Below are positions 30,939-42,775 of a stretch of 64,000 nucleotides of DNA, piece after piece; the stretch's first letter is position 1; the number at the start of each line of letters is the position of its first letter. Made by a program: the position numbers and the translations under genes. The notes under the pieces are model-generated. The model was not told the origin of the DNA, ran no database searches, and saw only the letters and a list, made by a program, of their open reading frames with translations. This stretch comes from a virus (lineage: Duplodnaviria > Heunggongvirae > Uroviricota > Caudoviricetes), in the IMG/VR virus record IMGVR_UViG_3300031555_002904; one strand, 5' to 3'.

Positions 30939-32097
30939 ATAGGAAGAGGGATTAAAGATTGCGGTCGCCCGCTATAAGAACAATGAACCCTGGACCTGTA
31001 TCGCCGGTTACGCTGGTACTGGTAAGAGTACACTTGTGAAGTTTATCGTTGCAGCGCTGGGTCTATATCCCGCAGAGGTTTGTTATATCGCATTCACAGG
31101 CAAGGCCGCAAAGGTTTTGCGTGAAAAAGGATGCGAGAATGCCATGACCGCACACAGACTGTTATATCAGTCCTATCCTCGCAATGATGGAACATTCTAT
31201 CACAAACCTCGTAGACCTCTGGACTATCCATATAAGTTGATTGTTGTCGATGAAATTTCAATGCTTCCAAAAGAGATTTGGGATTTGTTGACTTCACATC
31301 GTATTCATGTTATTGCTCTTGGCGACCCCGGCCAGCTTCCTCCTATTGGTGAGTCTAATGGAGTGCTCGACCATCCGCACATTTTCTTGGATGAGATTAT
31401 GCGCCAAGCCCAGGAGAGTGAAATCATTCGTTTGACTATGGATATTCGAGACGGCAAACCTCTCGAACTCTTCCGAGGAAACGAAGTGCAAATCATTGAT
31501 AAGAAAGATGTTGTGTCTGGTATGTATACTTGGGCCGACCAGATCCTTGTAGCAAAGAATGAGACACGCCGTACGGTAAATCATCTTATGCGTAAGTATT
31601 TACATGACATTGACGATCCGACTCCAATAGTAGGAGATAAGGTTATTTGTTTGCGGAATGACTGGGATCATCCGAGTGAAGCGGGCGATGTAATGGTGAA
31701 TGGCACTATTGGCACACTTACTAAGATTGATTTGTTGAATAACAATCCTTATTTGCGGCCGATGATGGTTTGCGATTTTTGGTCTGATGATTATTCAGAC
31801 GATGATGTTGAAAACTCTCCACAGGATTTGATTTTCCGTGGTGTAAATATGGATTACAGATTACTCACTACTGGTGAGCCGACCGTAACCGCGCAGAACT
31901 GGAAGCGCTTCCCTAAGATTTGGCGCCCCCGTGAATTCGACTATGGTTATTGTATTACTACCCATAAGGCGCAGGGTAGTGAATATGATAAAGTTCTTGT
32001 TTTTGAAGAATTTTTGCGTGGTGGACACCATGCAGAGTGGCTATATACAGCTGCTACGCGCGCCAAAGAAAAGCTCGTTATCGTGCGAGATAGTTGA
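30922..32097 (+). CDS. RecD2/Dda-like SF1B helicase, 391 aa (code 15)
   Basis: MVLTAK*EEG (LTxxQ motif), AGYAGTGKS, FTGKAA, VDEISM, GDPGQL, YCITTHKAQGSEY, LYTA.TRA. Confidence 0.92.
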
Positions 32098-32122
32098 CAA
32101 TAGAGAAAAAAATTGGTATAAT
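32094..32122 (+). promoter_or_regulatory. sigmaA promoter (dnaE)
   Basis: TTGACA-17-TATAAT with extended TG. Confidence 0.85.
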
Positions 32123-32157
32123 ATAGTATAAGAAATCAAATTGAAAGGGATAATCGA

Positions 32158-35100
32158 ATGGGAACATATTTCAATATTCACAACCATACAATGTATTCGA
32201 ATATCCGCTTACTCGATTGTATCAATAGACCTAAGGACCTCATTGACAAAGCAATTGAATTGGGTCTTTCCGGCATTGCGATTACAGACCACGAATGTCT
32301 ATCCGGACATATGGAAGTCAATCAGTATGCTTAGAAGATAAAGGAGAAGTATCCCGATTTTGTAATTGTTTTAGGCAATGAGGTTTATTTAGTAGATAAA
32401 CGAGAGAGTGGTATCAAATATTATCACTTTATTCTAACTGCCAAGGATGAAATCGGACACAAGGCTCTGCGTGAATTGAGCTCAACTGCTTGGTATCATT
32501 CCTATGTCGATCGAGGTATGGAGCGCGTGCCCATTACCAAAGACGAATTGGCAACCATTATGGCGAAGTATAAGGGGCATGTAATTGCTTCAACCGCCTG
32601 TATGGGTGGCGAGTTATCCACCGCCGCATACAACATGGCCTGCGCTGAAAATGTCAATGATAAGATTTCCGCAGGAGTGTTTTATAATCAAATTTGCGAT
32701 TTCATCAAGTATTGTCTTGATGTGTTCGGTAATGATTTCTATATTGAATGTGCGCCTTCAACCGCTGAGGATCAATGTATCACCAACCGCAAGTTATATC
32801 GTATTGCAAAAGCATATGATATTCCTTTGATTGTTGGTACTGACTCTCACTATCTCACCAAGGAAGATAGATACGTCCATAAGTCTTATCTAAATTCTAA
32901 GGGCGGCGAGCGTGAGGTTGATAGTTTCTATGAGTTTGCTCATTTGATGTCATATGATGAAGTTTATAAACTATTGCATCATTGCTTTGGAAATGATTAT
33001 ATTGTCACTGAAATCTTAGAAAACTCTCGTAAATTGGGTGAACAATATACTTCATACTCTTTAGAGCGTAAACAGATGATTCCTAAGATTCCTCTGCCAA
33101 CTCATTCTGAACGAGAAATTCAAGAGTACATTCCATATGAAATCGATTGGAACCTAAATAAGTTCTATCCATGTTTAGCGCATTTGTTAGTTGATGGTAA
33201 CGTCCAAGAGAGATATTGGCTATATGAGTGCGCGAAGAGCCTAAATGAAAAAGGCTTACAAGATAAAGTTGAATATTGGCAGAGATTAGAAACCGAAGCT
33301 GATGTTATTTTAGATATTGGAGAGAAATTAGATGACTGTCTATTCGCCTATTTCAACACCTTCAAGCATTACATCGACCTATTCTGGGAGTGTGGCTCAA
33401 TTGTTGGCCCAGGTCGAGGCTCGGCCACAGGATTTTTGTCTAACTACCTCTTGGGCATCACGCAGCTCGACCCCATCAGATGGAATCTACCTTACTGGCG
33501 TTTCCTTAATAAGGAGAGAGCCGAGTTGCCCGATATTGACATTGACCTCGCTCCATCAAAACGACCCGCAATTTTTGAAGCAATTCGTAAAGAGCGTGGA
33601 GAGTTGGGACTTATCCAGGTCGCAACCTTCGGAACAGAAGGAACGAAATCAGCTGTACTCACGGCTTGCCGCGGTTATCGAAGCGAGGATTTCCCAGATG
33701 GAATCGATGTCGATCAAGCCCAGTACATGTCTTCTCTAATCCCCCAAGAGCGTGGATTCTTATGGCCGATTAGTGATGTTATCAACGGCAATGAGGAGAA
33801 AGATAGAAAACCCGTTGCTCCATTCATTCGAGAAGTAAATAACTATCCTGGTCTATTGGCTATTATTCAGTCAATTGAAGGACTAGTAAATAAGCGTTCT
33901 TCTCACGCTTCGGGTGTTATCTTATATGGTAGTGACCCGTTTGAAACTGCGGCATTTATGAGAACTCCAAGTGGAGATTTGATTACCTGCTATGACCTGC
34001 ATAAAGCAGAGGCCGCAGGTGATACCAAGTATGACTTCTTGGTAACTGAAATTTCAGATAAGATTATCAAATGTTTTGAATTACTTACCGCAGATAAAGT
34101 AATTGAAGATATTGGTTTGCGTAATCTATATAATAAGTATATTCATCCAGAAGTGATTGATACAACTGATCCCCGCATTTGGGAGCATCTTGCGGCCGGT
34201 GATGTTCTGGATGTGTTCCAGTTCAGCACTGGCGTTGGATTAGCTATTGCAAAAAAGTTGAAACCAAAGAATCCTATGGAGATGACTGCGGCGAACGCAA
34301 TGATGAGACTTATGTCTGAAAAAGGCAAGGAATCTCAGCAAGATAGATATGTTCGTATCCAAAAGCGAGGATTGGAAGAATTTGATCGAGAAATGCACGA
34401 AGCTGGTCTGGATCAAAATATGATTGCGCTAATGCATAAGCATTGTGACCAATACTGGGGTTGTTGTGCTATCCAGGAGCAGATGATGGAATTACTTATG
34501 GATGTTGCAAATTTCACATTAGGTGAAGCCAATAATGCGAGAAAGATTGTTGGTAAGAAGCAAATGAGTAAGATTCCGGAATTGCGCGAACAGGTCTATA
34601 GTAAATTTGACCGGGTTCAGTCGGCAAATTATTTCTGGGAAAATGCAATTGCACCCCAGTTAGGATATGCATTTAGTCTGAACCACTCTCTGCCTTATTC
34701 TTTTGTTGGTATTCAATCAATTTACTTTGTTATGAATTTCAATCCAATTTATTGGAATACTGCTTGTTTGATTGTAAACAGTGGTGCAACTGATGAAGAA
34801 GCAGGAGGTTCAACTGATTATGGAAAAATTGCCAAAGCAATCGGTGATATCACTGGTGCAGGAATTAAAGTTAGCTTGGCAAACATTAATAAATCAGATT
34901 TTGGATTTGCTCCAGATGTAGAAAATAATCGAATTCTTTTTGGATTGAAAGGTATGTTGAATGTGGGCGATGATTTGATTGCCAGCATTATTGAAAACAG
35001 ACCTTATAGCTCTCCAAAAGATTTCTTGAATAGAGTTAGACCCAGTAAGCAAGCTATGATTGCCCTTATCAAGGGTGGCGCATTTGACGATATGGAAGAG

Positions 35101-36051
35101 CGTCAATTTGTAATGGCTTGGTATATCTGGGAGACTTGTGATAAGAAGAGTCGTATCACCTTACAAAATATGGGTGGACTTATCAAGCACGGATTATTGC
35201 CTGAAAAAACTGAAGAGCAAATTCTCGCTCGTCGAGTATATGAGTTCAATAGATATTTGAAGGCAATTACTAAGGCTGATAAGTATGCTTATAAGGATAT
35301 GTATAGTCTTGATACGAGAGCAATCGCTTTCTTGCAGGAGATTGATTGCGAAAATCTTATGACAACAGATAATGTGTCTTGGTATATAAAAACTAAGGCT
35401 TGGGATAATGTATACCAGAAGCATATGGATGTATTCAGAAAGTGGATCGCCGCAGAAAAAGATACAATCTTAAATGCGCTGAATACAGAAATCTTCATGG
35501 AAGATTGGAATAAATATGCGAAGGGTACTATCTCTGCGTGGGAGATGGAAGTCTTGTGCTTCTATTATCATGACCACGAATTGCAAAATGTCAATAATGA
35601 TAAATATGGCTTTGTTGATTTCAACCTATTGCCAGAAGATCCGATCATTGAAAAGACATTCCATAAGGGAGGCAAAGACATTCATATCTTTCATTTGAAT
35701 CGTATTTGCGGAACTTGTATTGCAAAGAATAAGACTAAGAGTACAGTTACCATTTTGACAACAACAGGTGTTGTAAATGTCAAATTCAGAAAAGAATATT
35801 TTGCGATGTTCGATAAGCAGATCTCCGAGCGTGGCGCAGATGGCGTCAAGCACGTCGTTGAGAAGAGTTGGTTCAACCGCGGTAATATGATCGTCGTAAC
35901 GGGAATCCGCAGCGGTGATGATTTTGTTTCTAAGAAGTATGCTTCTACTGGCGGACATCAGCTATATCGTATCAATGAGATCTTGGATAATGGTGACTTA
36001 GTATTACAAGATAGTCGTTATCAAGGAGGCACTGCAGAAGATGTTGACTAA
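32158..36051 (+). CDS. dnaE: DNA polymerase III alpha subunit, 1297 aa (code 15)
   Basis: PHP motifs HNHT.YS and AITDH lie upstream of the TAG at codon 59; GPGRGSA, PDIDID, SSHASGV, YAFSLNHS. Confidence 0.96.
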
Positions 36052-36262
36052 GAGATATGTAAAAAAAGCATATGTATTAGAAGCGTTCTGCGATAAGTGT
36101 GGTAGTAAAATGGTGAGCACGGGGATGGTATATTCTACCTACCCCGAGCAATACCCATTCCGTTGCAGTAACCCCGACTGCGATGGTCGTGCTACCTTCT
36201 GGGCGCATGAAGTCCCCGGAAAAATTCAATATGAGTTTGAGGAGGACAATGAAAATGTATAA
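36041..36262 (+). CDS. Zn-ribbon protein
   Basis: CDKC...CSNPDC, 73 aa. Confidence 0.6.
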   Translation: MLTKRYVKKAYVLEAFCDKCGSKMVSTGMVYSTYPEQYPFRCSNPDCDGRATFWAHEVPGKIQYEFEEDNENV

Positions 36263-36842
36263 AATAGTTCTTTTTATGGGTAAAGGCGGCGCTGGTAAAG
36301 ACTCATTGATGAAATAGGTATTAAAATTACTCGCTGAAAAGAAAATTATTTCTGAGGTCCACGAGATCGTAAGCTGTACCAGTAGACCAATGCGAGAGGG
36401 CGAAGCTCACGGCATCAATTACTATTACTATCATCCCGATGATTTTGCAATGAAAATTATGAATGATGAAATGTTGGAATTTACTAATTTCAACAATTGG
36501 TGGTATGGTACTAGTTATGAGTCTGTACGCAGCGATGGCATTATCAATATCGGTGTTTTCAATCCTGCGGGTGTGCGGCAGTTGCTTGACCGGCCGGATT
36601 GTGAAGTCACTGTTTATTGGGTAACTGTTTCTGATAAACAGCGCTTATATCGTCAGCTTAGTCGAGAGGAAAATCCCGACGTTAAAGAGATTGTTCGTCG
36701 CTTCAATGCTGATGAAGAAGATTTTGCTGATATTGATTTTGACTACACCGAAGTTGTCAACGAGACTTTTGACGATTTCTATGCGAACGCCGAGCAGATT
36801 GCAGGCCAGATCGAGGACATGCTCGCGCAAGGACGACATTGA
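36255..36842 (+). CDS. gmk: Guanylate kinase-like protein, 195 aa (code 15)
   Basis: GKGGAGKD P-loop, TAG at codon 21, SCTSRPMREGE..G..YYY, WWYGT. Confidence 0.88.
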
Positions 36843-36860
36843 TTAATAGATCAAGATAAA

Positions 36861-36908
36861 ACGCTATATTTTGTAGAGAGTTTTTACGCTCTCCACAAGA
36901 TATAGTAT
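36861..36908 (+). promoter_or_regulatory. Tandem NrdR-box-like operators upstream of nrdD
   Basis: ACGCTATATTTTGTAG (36861) and CCACAAGATATAGTAT (36893) resemble acaCwAtATaTwGwgt; starts are 32 bp apart. Confidence 0.7.
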
Positions 36909-36929
36909 TTTATAATGGAGGTAATTAGT

Positions 36930-39134
36930 ATGCATGTAATTAAAAGAGATGGTACAAGAGTTCTATTCAATCCCGATAAGATTGTAAATGCCATCAATAA
37001 GGCTATGATTAGCGCATACGGCTCCGTGTATGAATCCGATACTGCTGAAGAAATCGCAGATCTAATTGGTAGTCGCGGTGTCGATATGTCCGTCGAACAA
37101 ATTCAAGACTTGGTTGAAGGATATTTGATGAAGAGTGAATATCCAGAAGTTGCCAAGGCTTACATTTTATATCGTGACGAGCGCAGTAAGGCTCGTATGC
37201 GTCAAAGTAAATTATTAAAGGCAGTTATGCGTAGAACTGAAGCTACTGCTGTTGAAAATTCCAATGCGAATGTTGATGAGAAGAGCTTCTCCGGTCGTGA
37301 GAAGGAAGCTTCCGCAGACATTTAGAAGATAATTGCGTTGGATTATACTCTATCCCCCGAAGTAGCGCAAGCTCATAAGGATATGTTGTTATATCAACAC
37401 GATAATGAGAAAACAAATATTGGCGAACATAACTGCTTGTTCGTTGATTTCAAAAAGATTTTTACTGATGGTTTCGTAACTCGCAACGGCGATGTGCGTC
37501 CACCATCAAAATATGATACTGCTTGTCAGCAATATGCAGTTATTTTCCAATGCCAGTCCCAGGTTCAATTTGGTGGCGTTGGTACAGTCCATGCTGACTA
37601 TGACTTGGCTCCATATGTTGCCAAGAGCTTCTACAAGCATATGCGTAACTACTTCACTGATGTTGAAGGCTTGTCTAAGGAAGATGCTGAAATTGTATTA
37701 AAGGCTAAGTATGAGCCTTGCGTAATTGACAATGAAGCAATTAAGGATACTCCTGCTTATAAGTTTGCTATGCGTCAGCTAGAGCGTGAAGGTATCCAGG
37801 CAAGTGAAGCTTTGTATCATAACTTAAATACTCTGGAGTCTCGTGCGGGTAGCCAGGTTCCTTTCACTTCTATCAACTTCGGTCGTGACACTTCTACCGA
37901 GGGTCGTTTTGTAAGTGAGAAGATGTTAAGAGCTTCTTTATCTGGCGTTGGTAAGCACCATTTAACTCCTATCTTCCCAATTAGTATTTTCCAGTATAAA
38001 CAAGGATGTAATGCTAATCCAGAAGATCCAAACTACGATTTGAAGCAATTAGCTATCGAATCTTTGAGTAAGAGAATTTATCCTAACTTCGTCAACTGCG
38101 ATTTTTCACAGGCGCACGAAGATCCTAATGATCCCGACACATACTTCGCCACAATGGGCTGCCGCACAATGTTAGGTTATGACCGTCATACTGATTCCTA
38201 CAACCGCGTTGGTCGTGGTAACCTGTGCCCCAATACTATGATTTTACCAAAGTTAGGTATCGAATATGGTATCTGTTTAGGTAAGCGTGAGACCCCGGAT
38301 TTAGATGGCTTCTGGTCTGCATTCGAGGATTTATTGATGTTATGCGAACAGGGTCTTTTGGAGCGTTTTGATATTATGGTAAATCAGCCTCCTGAGGCTG
38401 GTCCTTTCATGTATCAAAATGGTACTATGAAAGACGCCCAGAAATGCCGAGTATCTAACTACGAAGCATTGAAGCACGGAACTTTGGCTATGGGTTACAT
38501 TGGTATTGCCGAAATGTGTCAAGCATTGTTTGGTAAGAATCATGCCGAAGATCCAAAAGTACACGAGTTCGCTTTGAAGGTTGTAAAGCGTATCAATGAA
38601 TATGCTAAGGAAGCTTCTGAGCGTCATGATTTGAACTTCTCTTGCTACGCTACCCCCGCGGAAGGTCTATGCCACACCGCTGCAAAGGCTCTGCGTAAGC
38701 AATATGGAGTTATTCCTAATGTTACCGACCATGAGTTCTTAACCAATAGCCACCATGTACCCGTATGGCATGAGATTAGTATCTTCGATAAGCTTGCGGT
38801 TGAGGCTCCATTCTGTAAGTATCCTACTGGTGGATGTATTACTTATGTCGAGCTTGATAGCACTTTCGTAAAGAATACCAAGGCTATCGAACAGATTATT
38901 GATTATGCTTTCAAGGAGTTAGATATTCCTTATTTAGCATTCAATTTCCCCATTGACTCCTGCTTAGATTGCGGCTTCTAGGGTGAGTTCAATGATGCTT
39001 GTCCCGAGTGTGGCAGCCACAATATTCAGCAGTTGCGTCGTGTAACTGGTTATTTGACTACTGACTATCGCCATTTCAACAAGGGAAAACAGTCAGAGGT
39101 CGAACATAGAGTCAAACATTCACAATTTTCCTAA
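36930..39134 (+). CDS. nrdD: Anaerobic (class III) ribonucleotide reductase, 734 aa (code 15)
   Basis: ATP cone VIKRDG, NANVD, MGCRT, TPAEG, TNSHH, CLDCGF*GEFNDACPECGS, RRVTGYL glycyl-radical motif; two TAG. Confidence 0.96.
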
Positions 39135-39183
39135 TTGTAGCTAACTACGAATTAGCTACGCTATTAGAAAGGAGTAAGTTCGT

Positions 39184-39666
39184 ATGAATTACAGTGGTCT
39201 CATTTTGAATGATATTACTGCGGCCCCCGGTCTTTGTGTGAGCTTTTTCGTACAGGGATGTCCCCACAGATGTAAGGGTTGTCACAACCCAGAGACTTGG
39301 GAGTTTGGTCGAGGCAAAGAATTTACTTCTGACACCCTAAATCAAATTATTACCGGCCTCACCGCCCAAGGTATCCAGCGTGATCTGTGTATCATGGGCG
39401 GCGAGCCTCTTTGTGACGAAAACGCCTTTCTTACCTATTTAGTCATCAAAGAGGTCAAAGATAAGGTGCCAGGAGTCAAGGTGTATATATGGAGCGGATA
39501 TACCTATGAAGAATTACAACATCGCAACCATCCGCAAGTGCGCGGAGCGTTAGAATTAGCTGATGTTTTAATTGATGGTCCATATATTGAAGAAGAGCGA
39601 GATATTACACTGAATATGAGAGGCTCACGAAATCAGCGTATTATTGACTTATCCGAAAAAAAATGA
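39184..39666 (+). CDS. nrdG: Class III RNR activase (radical SAM)
   Basis: GCPHRCKGCHN, GGEP, DVLIDG.Y, RGS.NQ. Confidence 0.95.
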   Translation: MNYSGLILNDITAAPGLCVSFFVQGCPHRCKGCHNPETWEFGRGKEFTSDTLNQIITGLTAQGIQRDLCIMGGEPLCDENAFLTYLVIKEVKDKVPGVKVYIWSGYTYEELQHRNHPQVRGALELADVLIDGPYIEEERDITLNMRGSRNQRIIDLSEKK

Positions 39667-39672
39667 TATAAT
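39644..39672 (+). promoter_or_regulatory. sigmaA promoter
   Basis: TTGACT-17-TATAAT with extended TG. Confidence 0.8.
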
Positions 39673-39705
39673 ATTTATATAAATGAGATAAAGGAGGGTT
39701 ATAAT

Positions 39706-40200
39706 TTGGGTAAACAAAAAATCAAAAAGATGGATTTGTCTCAAGTGAATTTTATTCCCATTGAAGGTGAAATTATGCAAAATGCTACTGATGGCAAATA
39801 TTACATCTGGCATAATGATAATTGGCATGAATTCAAAATGGAAAGTTCTGGTGTAGAAATGGGACTTTACGATATGAATAAGCAAATTATTGCACAGCTA
39901 CCCGATTTGACCGACTGGGATCGAGTGTCTGAAACTTTGACAAAGTTTGACACTGATTGGCATAATGATTATTATATGCTTTACGGTAAGGAGATTTCTT
40001 ATTTCACTGTATTTAAGATTAAAGAGCATATCGCATTTGCTCGTGAAGTAGTTGATGTAATTCAAAATATTGGTATAGTGAAAGCGATCGATTTAACTGA
40101 AGCTACTGATGCTATTGAAGTTTGGGTTATATATGAGAATGAACCCACTTGCTTATACCTATTCCCCTATGACATGGGAATTGTACAGGTTGGTGAGTGA
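39706..40200 (+). CDS. Hypothetical phage protein
   Basis: 164 aa, AAGGAGG RBS. Confidence 0.7.
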   Translation: MGKQKIKKMDLSQVNFIPIEGEIMQNATDGKYYIWHNDNWHEFKMESSGVEMGLYDMNKQIIAQLPDLTDWDRVSETLTKFDTDWHNDYYMLYGKEISYFTVFKIKEHIAFAREVVDVIQNIGIVKAIDLTEATDAIEVWVIYENEPTCLYLFPYDMGIVQVGE

Positions 40201-40202
40201 TT

Positions 40203-40661
40203 GTGGCTGAAACAAAAACAATTACAACTTACGATGGTGTTAAGTATTAGAAAGTAACTCTTGAAGAAATTGGCAATACTGGACACTATAAAGAAATTAA
40301 TCGTTCTACTAGTTCAATTTTAGGTCTCTTAGATGATATAAAAGAATTAGAATAGGCAAAGATTAATATTAATAATTTTAAAGTTCGAAATGGTACCATA
40401 TACATTTTAACTGATTCTATTATGACCGGTTTAAATGCAAAATATTATTATATATTTACTTCTATTGCAATACATTATCCGAAAGACTATAATACTCTCG
40501 CAGATGGTGTTATTAAAGCATTAGAAGAATTAGGATATGTTCGTGAAATTATATATAATAACGAAGAAATTATATTTACATTAATTTCTAAACAAGATGA
40601 AAAAGAGTTGGTACTTTATTTACGTCCCATTGCAAATGATGTAAAAGTTGTTGGAGGATAA
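40203..40661 (+). CDS. Hypothetical protein, 152 aa (code 15); probable paralog of the previous gene
   Basis: GTG 40203 through two TAG into track ORF 40422..40661. Confidence 0.6.
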
Positions 40662-40662
40662 G

Positions 40663-40932
40663 ATGAAAAAAATATATTGTGATTTACATATTTTTGACTT
40701 AAGTCAAAAAATTTATGTATATGATACTGAAACTGGTAGTTTAGAATGTGTTGCTATTGCTACTATTGAAGAGTTACCAGAAGTAATCAATGCGGTATGT
40801 GCGGAAACCGGTATTCCGAATGTACATCTAGGCGGCAATCTATCTTACGCTCACATGGTGTCAGAAGACATTTTGGCGTATTCTAAAATGAATTATAGTC
40901 ATAAAAATAATATTGTGATTGAGGTAAAATAA
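40663..40932 (+). CDS. Hypothetical protein
   Basis: GGAGG RBS, ATG 40663. Confidence 0.6.
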   Translation: MKKIYCDLHIFDLSQKIYVYDTETGSLECVAIATIEELPEVINAVCAETGIPNVHLGGNLSYAHMVSEDILAYSKMNYSHKNNIVIEVK

Positions 40933-40933
40933 T

Positions 40934-41176
40934 ATGAGATATTTATTGAAAGCTGTTGATACTTACAGAGTACCCGATGAGGCAGCTGTAGAAGTCCTGC
41001 ATGAAGAGCTTCTAAACGATCCCGCATTTGATCTTGTTGGCTTCAGTTATAAAGTGAAGTAGATCAAAGCTAAGGGTGAAGTTATTGAGGAATATATGGT
41101 CGTGCAAGCCACCAAGGTTTTTACGGCAGAGAAAGACCCTGAAGATGTCTTCACTGTGAGTTACGAGAGGGGCTAA
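40934..41176 (+). CDS. Hypothetical protein, 80 aa (code 15)
   Basis: GAGG RBS, one TAG, TAA 41174; fills the gap before dUTPase. Confidence 0.65.
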
Positions 41177-41180
41177 GAAT

Positions 41181-41720
41181 ATGGCAAAGTTCGAGAAAGT
41201 ATCCCGTTATGCAGACAAAGAAATCGTAATGCCCGTGCGCAAGACCAGTCAATCCGCAGGATATGACCTGGTCGCCGCAGAGGATTATATTATTCCTTCC
41301 GTATTTCAACTTGCTGGAGAAGCTGAGGAAGTATGGACTGTCGGGGAAGAAGAGTATGTTACTCTCGATCAAATGGCTGAGTTTACTAAGTTGACTAAGT
41401 ATAGACCCACTTTAGTTTCTACTGGAATGAAGTGTAAGCTCGATCCTGGCACCTTCTTGCAGTTGAGTGTACGCAGTTCTTCTCCTTTGAAATACTGGCT
41501 TATGCTTGCTAATGGAGTTGGCATTATTGATGCTGACTATTATAACAATCCCGATAATGAGGGTGAAATTTTCTTACAGATTTATAATCTATCTCCCTTC
41601 AATATTCAAATCCATGAAGGCGAAGCAATTGGACAGGGTATTATCTTACCCTATGGCGTAACTGAAGACGATGTGTCTTCTGGTGAACGCGTCGGCGGCT
41701 TCGGATCTACCAATGGCTAA
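41181..41720 (+). CDS. dut: Trimeric dUTPase
   Basis: SAGYDL, RSS, GIIDADY, GQG, R.GGFGST. Confidence 0.95.
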   Translation: MAKFEKVSRYADKEIVMPVRKTSQSAGYDLVAAEDYIIPSVFQLAGEAEEVWTVGEEEYVTLDQMAEFTKLTKYRPTLVSTGMKCKLDPGTFLQLSVRSSSPLKYWLMLANGVGIIDADYYNNPDNEGEIFLQIYNLSPFNIQIHEGEAIGQGIILPYGVTEDDVSSGERVGGFGSTNG

Positions 41721-42207
41721 AATTTTAGCATTAGATCAATCTTCCCGCACTACTGGATATACCGTTCTTGATGACGGAAAAATTGTAAAGGTTAGTCATT
41801 TTGAATGTATCGGTGACGACCTTGGTGATAGATTATTACAGCTAAGAAAAAAAGTGCTTGAATTAATTGATACATATGACATTGATGAAGTTGTATTTGA
41901 AGATATTCAATTGCAAGATGTAAATGGCAGTAAAGAAAAAGGTGTTAAAACATTTAAAATTTTAGCAGAAGCTTTCGGAGTAGTTCACGAGACATTAACA
42001 GAAATTAAAATGCCATATAGTATCGCTATGCCAATTCAATGGAAGGCTCATTTCAAGATTGCTGGAAAAGGCCGTCCGCAAGAAAAGAAAATGGCACAAG
42101 CATATGTTTTAAAAGAATACGGAATTAAATGCACCGAAGACGAGGCTGACTCACTTTGTATTGCGTTGTATTACTATGACATAAGTAATGTCTTCGATTG
42201 GTCCTAA
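41713..42207 (+). CDS. ruvC: RuvC-like Holliday junction resolvase
   Basis: ILALDQS...TGY, VVFE, DEADS catalytic pattern. Confidence 0.8.
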   Translation: MAKILALDQSSRTTGYTVLDDGKIVKVSHFECIGDDLGDRLLQLRKKVLELIDTYDIDEVVFEDIQLQDVNGSKEKGVKTFKILAEAFGVVHETLTEIKMPYSIAMPIQWKAHFKIAGKGRPQEKKMAQAYVLKEYGIKCTEDEADSLCIALYYYDISNVFDWS

Positions 42208-42273
42208 TGAGATAATCCCCCTATCTGCTTCTTTAGTATCGTTAGAGAAGTAGAAAGGGGGATAAAGTTTTTT

Positions 42274-42714
42274 ATGGAAGCTTTATTAGCAGAATGGGGT
42301 TTAGAGATCTTATTTGCTTTGATTAGTGCAGCCGTTATGGGCTGGGCCAAGTGGCATGGTGATAAACTGAAAAAAGAATTACAAAGTGCCAAAGATTTGG
42401 CTGCTGAAAAAGAAAAGAAAGAGATTGAAAACTCTATTGAAATCAAATTAGAACCAATTTATGAAGAGCTGGAAGAAATCAGAAAGCATATTCGAGATGC
42501 AAAGAATATTGAGCAATCTCATATGAATCTAATTATTGCCTCTTATCGTTTCCGTTTAGTTCAGTTATGTAAAGGATTCTTGGCTCAAGGATATATTACA
42601 ATGGAGCAAAGAACTCAATTAGATGAATTCTATAAATTATATACCGGATTAGGTGGCAACGGATAGGCAAAGATTTATTATGAACAATGTATTCAATTAC
42701 CTCCCAGACCCTAA
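42274..42714 (+). CDS. Membrane-anchored phage protein with an LGGNG motif, 146 aa (code 15); possibly lysis-associated
   Basis: N-terminal TM helix, coiled coil, Y..LGGNG*AKIYY..C..LP C-terminus. Confidence 0.65.
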
Positions 42715-42720
42715 AATAGC

Positions 42721-42770
42721 AAAAAGGGCGAGACATTGAAATTAATCAATGTCTCGCCCTTATTTTTTTT
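42721..42770. terminator. Bidirectional terminator
   Basis: AAGGGCGAGACATTGA-aattaa-TCAATGTCTCGCCCTT between convergent genes. Confidence 0.85.
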
Positions 42771-42775
42771 TATAA

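Noticed and set aside
37323-38981. Split or intron-containing nrdD
   Set aside because: All three pieces are in one frame, separated only by TAG.
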